From Albibacillus kandeliae (GTDB lineage Bacteria > Pseudomonadota > Alphaproteobacteria > Rhodobacterales > Rhodobacteraceae), in the NCBI RefSeq assembly GCF_003116585.1, contig NZ_QEHM01000003.1, positions 24,916 to 48,915 on the forward strand: a stretch of 24,000 nt of DNA, in the 5' to 3' direction. Below, piece after piece: positions 17,281 to 24,000 of the stretch. The notes beneath the pieces are model-generated. The model did no database searches. It was not told where the DNA came from and saw only the letters and a program-made list of their open reading frames with translations. The translations under genes and the position numbers were made by a program. How positions within the stretch are numbered: the stretch's first letter is position 1; every line of letters begins with the position of its first letter.

Positions 17281-17934
17281 TCAGAAATCCGGCTGCGCGC
17301 GGAACTTAAGCGGCGCTCCGCCTTCGGGGTGCCGGATGCGCAGCTCTTCCGAGTGCAGCATCATCCGGGGATACTCCAGCGCGGTCTCCGCCGCGTAGAG
17401 CGGATCGCCAAGGATCGGATGCCCGAGCGACAGCATGTGAACCCGCAGCTGGTGGCTGCGCCCGGTCTTCGGAAACAGCCGCACCCGCGTGGTTTCGTCG
17501 TCATAGCGCATCACGTGCCAGTCGGTCACCGCCGCGCGCCCGTTCTCGTGGTCGACCATCTGGCGCGGCCGGTTCTCCCAGTCGACGATAAGCGGCAGAT
17601 CCACGGTGCCCGACCGCGGGCTCAGCCGCCCGGCCAGACGCGCGACATAGGTCTTCTTCGACTGCCGCTTCTCGAACTGCAGCCCGAGGTGGCGCTGCGC
17701 ATGGGCGGTCCGCGCAAAGACCATCACGCCCGAGGTATCGCGGTCCAGCCGGTGCACCAGCAGCGTATCGGCATAAAGCGCCAGCAGCCGGGCGATCAGG
17801 CAATCTGCCAGGTGCTCGCCCTTGCCCGGCACCGAGAGCAGGCCCGCCGGCTTGTTCACCACGAGGATGTCGGCATCCACATGCAGGATGTCGAGGTCTC
17901 CCGTGGGCGGGTCATATTCGGTGCGGACGGCCAT
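17281..17934 (-). CDS. RluA-family pseudouridine synthase
   Basis: 'ILVVNKPAGLLSVPGKG', 'LLVHRLDRDTSGVMVFART', 'LFPKTGRSHQLRVHMLSLGHPILGDPLY'. Confidence 0.93.
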   Translation of the reverse strand: MAVRTEYDPPTGDLDILHVDADILVVNKPAGLLSVPGKGEHLADCLIARLLALYADTLLVHRLDRDTSGVMVFARTAHAQRHLGLQFEKRQSKKTYVARLAGRLSPRSGTVDLPLIVDWENRPRQMVDHENGRAAVTDWHVMRYDDETTRVRLFPKTGRSHQLRVHMLSLGHPILGDPLYAAETALEYPRMMLHSEELRIRHPEGGAPLKFRAQPDF

Positions 17935-18054
17935 CGCGGCTGATTAAGCCAGCCGCGCGGCGCCGACAAGGGCGGTGCCACCCGCCGCAACGTCGCGCTT
18001 GCCCGGCCGGGGGCGAGTCGCGACAGTCGCGCCATCTGAGAGAGGAGAGACCAG

Positions 18055-18465
18055 ATGCACCCCACGATCGAACGGATGATGGATATCGTCGCCAGCGGCG
18101 AGGACGAGAAGATCGCGACCATCCTCGCGGAACAGGTCAAATTCATGCCGCCCACCTACTGGGCTACCTGGACCGGGCGTGCGCCCGTCGCCGCTGTGCT
18201 CGGCCACGTGGGGCAGGTGTTTTCCGACTTCCGCTATCGCCGCGTGATGGGCGACGGCAAGGACTGGGCGCTGGAATTCCAGTGCAGGATCGGGGAGTTC
18301 GACGCCGTCGGCGTCGACCTGATCACGCTGGACGACGAGGGCATGATCGAAACCTTCGAAGTGGTGATGCGCCCGCACAAATCCGTCGGCGCGCTGCGCG
18401 ACGCGATGAATGCCCGGGTCGCGACCGACGCGCGCTTCCTCGAGTTCCGCAAGGCCCTCGCCTGA
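18055..18465 (+). CDS. nuclear transport factor 2 (SnoaL-like) family protein
   Basis: 136 aa; 'PTYWATWTGRAPVAAVLGHVGQVFSDFRYRRVMGDGKDWALEFQCRIGEFDAVGVDLITLDDEGMIETFEVVMRP'. Confidence 0.75.
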   Translation: MHPTIERMMDIVASGEDEKIATILAEQVKFMPPTYWATWTGRAPVAAVLGHVGQVFSDFRYRRVMGDGKDWALEFQCRIGEFDAVGVDLITLDDEGMIETFEVVMRPHKSVGALRDAMNARVATDARFLEFRKALA

Positions 18466-18564
18466 GGCCACGGTAACATTTTATGTCACCAAGGTCAGCT
18501 TTATTGACATATTCTTGCGGATGAGGTCTTGCAGACGGGCTGAACCGAAAAGGAGTCGAAAGCC

Positions 18565-19794
18565 ATGCAATGGGATCAGGTCTTTGCCAGCCGTGCCGAA
18601 CGGATGAAGGCGTCGGAGATCCGTGAACTGCTCAAGCTCCTGGATCAGCCCGACATCATTTCCTTCGCCGGCGGCATTCCCGACCCGGCGATGTTCCCCA
18701 CCGACGAGTTCGAGGCCGCCTTCGCCGGCATCTTCCGTGACGGCACCGCCAACGCCGCCCTGCAATACTCGGTCAGCGAGGGCTACCGCCCGCTGCGCGA
18801 CTGGATCGCCGCCGAGATGGGCAAGCTCGGCGTGCCCTGCGACGCCGACAACATCCTGATCACCTCCGGCTCGCAGCAGGCGCTCGACTACCTCGGCAAG
18901 CTGCTGCTCTCGCCGAACGACACTGCGCTGGTCGGCTGGCCCACCTACATGGGCGCGCTCGGGGCCTTCAACGCCTACGAACCCGCCTACGACCGCCTCC
19001 CGTCCGAAACCAACCGCACCGCCGCGCAATATACCGAGGCCGCCGCCGAGGCCGGGGGCCGGGTCAAGTTCGCCTACATGTCGGTCGATTTCGCCAACCC
19101 CACCGGCCGCACCCTGACCCGCGCCGAGCGCGAGCGCATGCTCGACCTCGCCGAAGATCTCGACATCGCCATCATCGAGGACGCGGCCTACCAGATGCTC
19201 CGCTTCGACGGCGAGGCCATCCCGCCGGTGCTCGCCCTCGACATCGCCCGCAAGGGCAGCATCGAGAACACCCGCACCATCTACTGCGGCAGCTTCTCCA
19301 AGACGCTGGCGCCCGGCCTGCGCGTCGGCTGGGTCTGCGCCGCGAAACCGGTGATCCGCCAGCTGGTGCTGATGAAGCAGGCCGCCGACCTGCACTCGGC
19401 CAGCCTGAACCAGATCGTGATCCACGAGGTCGCCACCCGCATCTTCGACACCCATGTGACCAGGCTGCGCAAGGCCTACAGCGGCCGCCGCGACGCCATG
19501 CTGCGCGCCCTTTCCGCCCATATGCCCGAGGGCGTCTCCTGGACCGAACCCGAGGGCGGCATGTTCATCTGGGTGACGGTGCCCGAACAGATCGACGCGG
19601 CAGACCTGCTGGCCCAGGCCCTGCGGACGCAGAAGGTCGCCTTCGTTCCGGGCCGCGCCTTCTATGCCGACGGCTCGGCCGGCAACAACCTCCGGCTCAG
19701 CTTCTCGCTCTGCGACGAGGCGACGATCGAGGAAGGCATCCGCCGGCTCGGTCTCGCCATCGCCGACGCCGTCGCGCCGCTCGCCGCCGCCTGA
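18565..19794 (+). CDS. PLP-dependent aminotransferase (class I/II, LysN/2-aminoadipate-like)
   Basis: 'ISFAGGIPDPAMFPTDEF', 'ITSGSQQALDYLGKLL', 'YMSVDFANPTGRTLTRAERERML', 'YCGSFSKTLAPGLRVGWV'. Confidence 0.93.
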   Translation: MQWDQVFASRAERMKASEIRELLKLLDQPDIISFAGGIPDPAMFPTDEFEAAFAGIFRDGTANAALQYSVSEGYRPLRDWIAAEMGKLGVPCDADNILITSGSQQALDYLGKLLLSPNDTALVGWPTYMGALGAFNAYEPAYDRLPSETNRTAAQYTEAAAEAGGRVKFAYMSVDFANPTGRTLTRAERERMLDLAEDLDIAIIEDAAYQMLRFDGEAIPPVLALDIARKGSIENTRTIYCGSFSKTLAPGLRVGWVCAAKPVIRQLVLMKQAADLHSASLNQIVIHEVATRIFDTHVTRLRKAYSGRRDAMLRALSAHMPEGVSWTEPEGGMFIWVTVPEQIDAADLLAQALRTQKVAFVPGRAFYADGSAGNNLRLSFSLCDEATIEEGIRRLGLAIADAVAPLAAA

Positions 19795-19884
19795 CATCGG
19801 CCCGGCCTTCTTTGGGTTGAGAATATCCCGGGGAGCGCGAGGGGCAGAGCCCCTCGCTCCTGCCGTCTCCGCTCGCGCCTCGGT

Positions 19885-20265
19885 TCAGCCGTCCCGCTGT
19901 GGCAGCCCGTCGGCGATCTCGTAATAATCGCCCTTGTCCGCCACGAAGATATGCTTGCCGAGGCTCAGCCCCGTCGGCATCTCGAGCGATCCCATGGCGA
20001 TGGAGATCTCGGGCTCCTCCAGGTGCTTCCAGAACAGGAAGGCCCCGCAGACCGAGCAGAAGCCGCGCTTCGCGACCTCGCTGGAGGCATACCATGTCAG
20101 GGTCGCGTTCGTCTCGAAGCTCACCGCCTCCTCCGCCGTGCGGGTCGAGGCCCAGGCGTGTCCCGACTGCCTGCGGCACTGGCCGCAGTGGCAAAGCGAC
20201 GGCGGCGGCAGATCCCCCGCGACCGTGAACGTGACGCCGCCGCAGTTGCAGCTTCCCTTGCGCAT
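19885..20265 (-). CDS. GFA family (glutathione-dependent formaldehyde-activating-like) protein
   Basis: 'GSCNCGGVTFTV...PSLCHCGQCRRQSGHAW' and 'FCSVCGAFLFWK' zinc-cysteine motifs. Start trimmed to MRKGSC. Confidence 0.9.
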   Translation of the reverse strand: MRKGSCNCGGVTFTVAGDLPPPSLCHCGQCRRQSGHAWASTRTAEEAVSFETNATLTWYASSEVAKRGFCSVCGAFLFWKHLEEPEISIAMGSLEMPTGLSLGKHIFVADKGDYYEIADGLPQRDG

Positions 20266-20267
20266 GA

Positions 20268-20891
20268 TCAGCCCCTCAGCTGTGGTGTCGAGGATGTCCC
20301 CAGAAGCACACCGTAGAGGATGAAACAGGCCGAGGTAAACCGCCGGAACCATGTGTTGAACACGGCTCCCAGCGCCGCCTTGCCCAGTCCCGCGCCCAGC
20401 GCGGTGTAGGTGGTGTAGCTCAGCGTGGTCAGCACCAGCGCGGTGGGCATGATCACCACCATCTGCTCCATGATTGGCCGGTCCGGCTGCACGAACTGCG
20501 AAAAGGCGGCAAGGTAACCGGCGACGCTCTTGGGGTTGATCGTCGCCACCGCCAGCGCGTGCAGGTAGACATGCCGGGCCGGGCGCAGGTCGGCGGTCAC
20601 CGGCTTCCTCGCGTTGATCCAGCCGCGCACCCCCTGAAAGATCAGGAACCCCGCACCCGCCAGCTTTGCCACGAAGAACCCGGTGGGCGAGGCCGCGATC
20701 AGCGCGGTCACCCCGACGGCCGACAGCAGCAGGAAGGCCGTCGCCTGCGTCAGGATCGCCAGCACCCCGACCATCGCCCGGGGAAAGCCCAGCGTCATGC
20801 CGTTGGCGATGCAGTTCACCGCGTTCGGCCCCGGCGTCGTCACGAAGACCACCCAGAACAAGGCGAACACGGTCCAGGCGTGGAAACTCAT
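20268..20891 (-). CDS. LysE family translocator
   Basis: 'FWVVFVTTPGPNAVNCIANGMTLGFPRAMVGVLAILTQATAFLLLSAVGV' and multiple hydrophobic segments. Confidence 0.88.
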   Translation of the reverse strand: MSFHAWTVFALFWVVFVTTPGPNAVNCIANGMTLGFPRAMVGVLAILTQATAFLLLSAVGVTALIAASPTGFFVAKLAGAGFLIFQGVRGWINARKPVTADLRPARHVYLHALAVATINPKSVAGYLAAFSQFVQPDRPIMEQMVVIMPTALVLTTLSYTTYTALGAGLGKAALGAVFNTWFRRFTSACFILYGVLLGTSSTPQLRG

Positions 20892-21235
20892 CTCGGGCCT
20901 CTCAGGTTGTCCGGCCCCGCGGATCGAGGCGCCGGACCGCCGCTAACACCCGCGCAAAGGCACATGCAAGCGACCTTGCCGCCCTGTGCCGGGAAAGCCA
21001 CCCGAGCAGGGCCGGGAGCCCCCGCGAAGGTACAAATCGACTCGATTTCGCTCAATTACCAGGCGAACACCGCGAGAACGCCCGCAAACCGGGCGACGGC
21101 CTCTCGCCGCCGACCGAAATGCTGCGTCGCAGCAAAAGTGAACAATCACCGGTCCCGCCCGGGTCTATCCTCGTCGCACACACCCTCGCTGGAGGACGGC
21201 GGTGTCACCTGAAACGAGAAAAGGTAGCAACCCAC

Positions 21236-21424
21236 ATGTGTCTGTCCGCCGAAATGCTGGCCCTGTTCCTCAACCTTTTGAACCCGGACATCATCCAGAC
21301 CGAGAGCGGTCGCATCACCGTTCACGCAACCGTCCGCGACGCGGTCTGGGAAGAGCGTGGCGACCGCTGGTGCACCTCCGCACCCAGGATCGACCGCACC
21401 GCGATGTTCGCCCAGCCGAACTGA
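21236..21424 (+). CDS. Small hypothetical protein (62 aa)
   Basis: MCLSAEMLALFLNLLNPDIIQTESGRITVHATVRDAVWEERGDRWCTSAPRIDRTAMFAQPN. Lies in the gap between divergent genes; upstream GAAAAGG SD-like sequence. Confidence 0.5.
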   Translation: MCLSAEMLALFLNLLNPDIIQTESGRITVHATVRDAVWEERGDRWCTSAPRIDRTAMFAQPN

Positions 21425-21433
21425 GACCGCGCG

Positions 21434-21889
21434 TCAGATCCGGGCAAAGACCGCATCGAGCAGGCCACCCAGCCGCGCGGCATCGCTCTCGGTAAAGGCA
21501 TCAGGCTGATCGCTGTCGATATCGAAGACCGCGATCAGCCGCCCGTCCCCGTCACAGACCGGCAGGACGATCTCCGAGCGGGTCGAGCTGGCACAGGCGA
21601 TATGGCCCGGAAAGGCATCGACGTCGGGAACCAGCTGGATCTCGCCCGTGCGCGCCGCCGCTCCGCAGACCCCGCGCGAAAACGGGATCTGAAGGCAGCC
21701 GTGCCCGCCCTGGTAGGGCCCGATCTTCAGCAGCCCCGGTTCGGTCACCCGATAGAAACCGGTCCAGTCGAACCGGCTGTCGGCATGGTGCACCTCGCAG
21801 ACCACCGTCGCCATCAGCGCGACGGCATCCGTTTCGCCCTCGGTCAGGGCCGCGATGGTCTTGTCCAGTGCGTCGTAGTCTACCTGCAT
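21434..21889 (-). CDS. GAF domain-containing protein, free methionine-(R)-sulfoxide reductase-like
   Basis: 'DWTGFYRVTEPGLLKIGPYQGGHGCLQIPFSRGVCGAAARTGEIQLVPDVDAFPGHIACASSTRSEIVLPV' carries the fRMsr-type GAF and cysteine pattern. Confidence 0.85.
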   Translation of the reverse strand: MQVDYDALDKTIAALTEGETDAVALMATVVCEVHHADSRFDWTGFYRVTEPGLLKIGPYQGGHGCLQIPFSRGVCGAAARTGEIQLVPDVDAFPGHIACASSTRSEIVLPVCDGDGRLIAVFDIDSDQPDAFTESDAARLGGLLDAVFARI

Positions 21890-21966
21890 TCTCGATCCTT
21901 TCGGGGCCGTGGCCTCCAGTGTTGGCGGGCTTTTGTCCCGATCTGTGCCCCGGGGCAAGATCCCTC

Positions 21967-22995
21967 TCACCCCTTCAGGACACCTCGCAGCCACGTCACC
22001 GCCCGCTCGACCGCCTCGGTGCCCTGCGGCAGGATCCGGGTCAGGTTCAGGAACCCGTGCACCTGCCCCGGATAGGCCGCCATCTCGACCGGGACTCCGG
22101 CCGCCTGCAACGCGCCCGCATAGGCATGACCGTCGTCCCAAAGCGGGTCATGTCCCGCCGCGAGCACGAAGGCGGGGGGCTGCCCGGCCAGCCGTGACGA
22201 GTAGAGCGGCGAAAAGCGCGGCGCGGTCATGTCCTGCCCCTCGGGCAGATAGAGATCGAGATACCAGTCGATCCGGTCCCGCGGCAGCAGCGGGCTGTCC
22301 GCCAGCGCCGCCATCGACTGCGAACTCAGCGTGCCGTCGACCGCCGGATAGATCAGCATCTGCCCCGCGGGCAGGGGATGGCCGCCCTCGGCAAGATCGT
22401 GCATCAGCGCGGCGGTCAGGTTGCCGCCCGCACTGTCTCCGCCGACGACCAGCTTGCCCGGGTCCGCCTTCACCTTTCCGGCGCCCCCGATGAGCCCCAG
22501 GTAGGCGGCAAGGATGTCGTCCGAGGCCGAGGGGTACTTGTGCTCGGGCGCGAGGCGGTAATCGTAGGAGATCACCCGCACGTCCGCGCCCGCCGCCAGC
22601 TTGGCGCAAAGCGCGTCATGGCTGTCGATGCTTCCCTGGATCCAGCCGCCGCCGTGCAGGTAAAGCAGCGTGCCCGCCTTGCCCCCCGACTCGGGCTGGT
22701 AGAGCCGCGCCGCGCGGGGACCCTCGGCCCCGGGCAGCTTGATGTCGGTCCGCCGCACGTCCGGCCCCGGCAGATCGAATCGCGCGACGAACCCGGCCAG
22801 CTGCTTGCGGCTCTGCTCGACCGTCATCTGCACCGCCGGGTCGCGCACCAGCGCCACCAGATCGCTCAGCGCCTGCGCCTTGGGGTCGATCGCACGCCCG
22901 TCGACCTCGGCCAGCCGCCCCCGGTAGATCGCGCTGACCAGCGGCTCGGGCAGACCGATCTTCACCAGCCCCCACATGATACGAAACAGCTTCAT
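21967..22995 (-). CDS. alpha/beta hydrolase (HSL-type carboxylesterase/lipase family)
   Basis: 'LLYLHGGGWIQGS', 'VISYDYRLAPEHKYPSA', 'LVVGGDSAGGNLTAAL'. Start at MKLFRIM. Confidence 0.92.
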   Translation of the reverse strand: MKLFRIMWGLVKIGLPEPLVSAIYRGRLAEVDGRAIDPKAQALSDLVALVRDPAVQMTVEQSRKQLAGFVARFDLPGPDVRRTDIKLPGAEGPRAARLYQPESGGKAGTLLYLHGGGWIQGSIDSHDALCAKLAAGADVRVISYDYRLAPEHKYPSASDDILAAYLGLIGGAGKVKADPGKLVVGGDSAGGNLTAALMHDLAEGGHPLPAGQMLIYPAVDGTLSSQSMAALADSPLLPRDRIDWYLDLYLPEGQDMTAPRFSPLYSSRLAGQPPAFVLAAGHDPLWDDGHAYAGALQAAGVPVEMAAYPGQVHGFLNLTRILPQGTEAVERAVTWLRGVLKG

Positions 22996-23086
22996 CCCGC
23001 CTCCCAAATCCGACTAAGCCTGCATACCGAATGGTAAGCTTTCCAGTCTAGCCTTGCGATCCTCTGCCACTTGCAAGGATTTGGCC

Positions 23087-23425
23087 ATGTGCCTCAGCAG
23101 CCGGATCGAGGACGAGGTGATGATCGTCACCGTGACCGCCGACAGGATCGACGCCGCGGTCGCGATCCAGTTCAAGGAAGACATGCGCAACGCCACCGCC
23201 GGGGGCCCGCCCCGGGTGGTGCTCGACCTTGCCGCGGTGCAGTTCATCGATTCCAGCGGGCTCGGCGCCATCGTCGCCTCGATGAAACAGCTCAGTGCCC
23301 TGCGCCGTCTCGATCTCGCGGGGCTGACGCCCGCCGTGGACAAAGTCTTCCGGCTGACCCGGATGGATACGGTGTTCCGGCTCTTCCCCTCGCTCTCCGC
23401 TGCGCTGGCCCCCGAACAGGGCTAG
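23087..23425 (+). CDS. STAS domain-containing protein (anti-sigma factor antagonist)
   Basis: 'VVLDLAAVQFIDSSGLGAIVASMKQL...LDLAGLTPAVDKVFRLTRMDTVFRLFPSLSAAL' is the STAS phospho-acceptor signature. Confidence 0.9.
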   Translation: MCLSSRIEDEVMIVTVTADRIDAAVAIQFKEDMRNATAGGPPRVVLDLAAVQFIDSSGLGAIVASMKQLSALRRLDLAGLTPAVDKVFRLTRMDTVFRLFPSLSAALAPEQG

Positions 23426-23455
23426 GGGCGTGCACCCGCCCGCCCGGGAATACGC

Positions 23456-23881
23456 ATGACGCCGCGCGGCCTCCACCGTTTCGCGGCCAGCACCGAAGCC
23501 GCCCGCGACGGGATCGAGCAAGTGGTGAACGCCCTGCGGCAGCACGGGCTGGGCGGAACGCCCCTCGCCGACGTTGAACTCGTCCTCGCCGAAGTCGTTA
23601 ACAACATCGTCGAACACGCCTATCGCGGCCGGGAACCCGGACTCGTCAGCGTCGCCTACGTGTTCGGCGCCTCGGGTCTGATCCTGACGGTGCGCGACAG
23701 GGGCGCACCCTTCACGGCAAACAGCCTGCCTGCGGGCCACGCGGTGGACCTTGCCCTGCCCCGCCACCAGCTGCCAGAGGGCGGTTTCGGATGGCTCCTG
23801 ATCCGCCGGCTGACCAGCGACCTGTCCTACGTCCGCCGCAATGGATTCAACCGCCTGCGCCTGCGTTTCGACGTTTCCTGA
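23456..23881 (+). CDS. ATP-binding protein (RsbW/SpoIIAB-like HATPase_c_2 anti-sigma regulatory factor)
   Basis: 'ELVLAEVVNNIVEHAYRG' N-box, 'LTVRDRGAPF' G1 box, and 'GGFGWLLIRRLTSDLSYVRRNGFNRLRLRFD'. Confidence 0.9.
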   Translation: MTPRGLHRFAASTEAARDGIEQVVNALRQHGLGGTPLADVELVLAEVVNNIVEHAYRGREPGLVSVAYVFGASGLILTVRDRGAPFTANSLPAGHAVDLALPRHQLPEGGFGWLLIRRLTSDLSYVRRNGFNRLRLRFDVS

Positions 23882-24000
23882 ACCTTTGAACCATTCGCAC
23901 AGAAACAGTGCCACCAAACCGAACGGATCGATTCCTGAAGCACCTACAATTTTCGCTGCCGCAAAAGCGCCTTAATCCCATCAAACTGATGCCTGAAACA

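Noticed and set aside
1-24000. CRISPR arrays, prophage, transposons or BGC
   Set aside because: No regularly spaced repeats, phage structural genes, transposase/integrase motifs or biosynthetic megaenzymes were seen.

Overview
This window is mostly ordinary chromosomal DNA, GC-rich, and the gene content suggests an alphaproteobacterium (Rhodobacteraceae-like by inference). It carries rpsO, truB, rbfA, dapB and pnp. It also has a THUMP-type RNA methyltransferase, a DUF1643 protein, a Hint-domain protein, a phosphodiester glycosidase, a GDSL lipoprotein, a GT25-like glycosyltransferase, a 1-Cys peroxiredoxin, an aldehyde dehydrogenase and a cNMP-binding/patatin fusion. The remainder are a RluA-type pseudouridine synthase, an NTF2-like protein, a PLP aminotransferase, a GFA protein, a LysE transporter, a GAF/fRMsr-like protein, an alpha/beta hydrolase and a STAS + HATPase partner-switching pair. 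No tRNA, rRNA, CRISPR array, transposase or integrase was recognised. The most interesting part is a lower-GC islet at about 13.9-14.69 kb between two very similar intrinsic terminators. It holds one small ORF (14074..14484) that looks like a stand-alone BECR-fold (PBECR-type) nuclease/toxin. Upstream is a leader with mutually exclusive hairpins. Downstream (14529..14681) is a compact multi-hairpin element ending in a strong terminator, a candidate structured RNA. A second notable item is an imperfect hairpin-containing repeat set at 6390..6595 between dapB and the GDSL lipoprotein. A third is a pair of perfect 7-1-7 palindromes upstream of a 62-aa orphan ORF at 21236.
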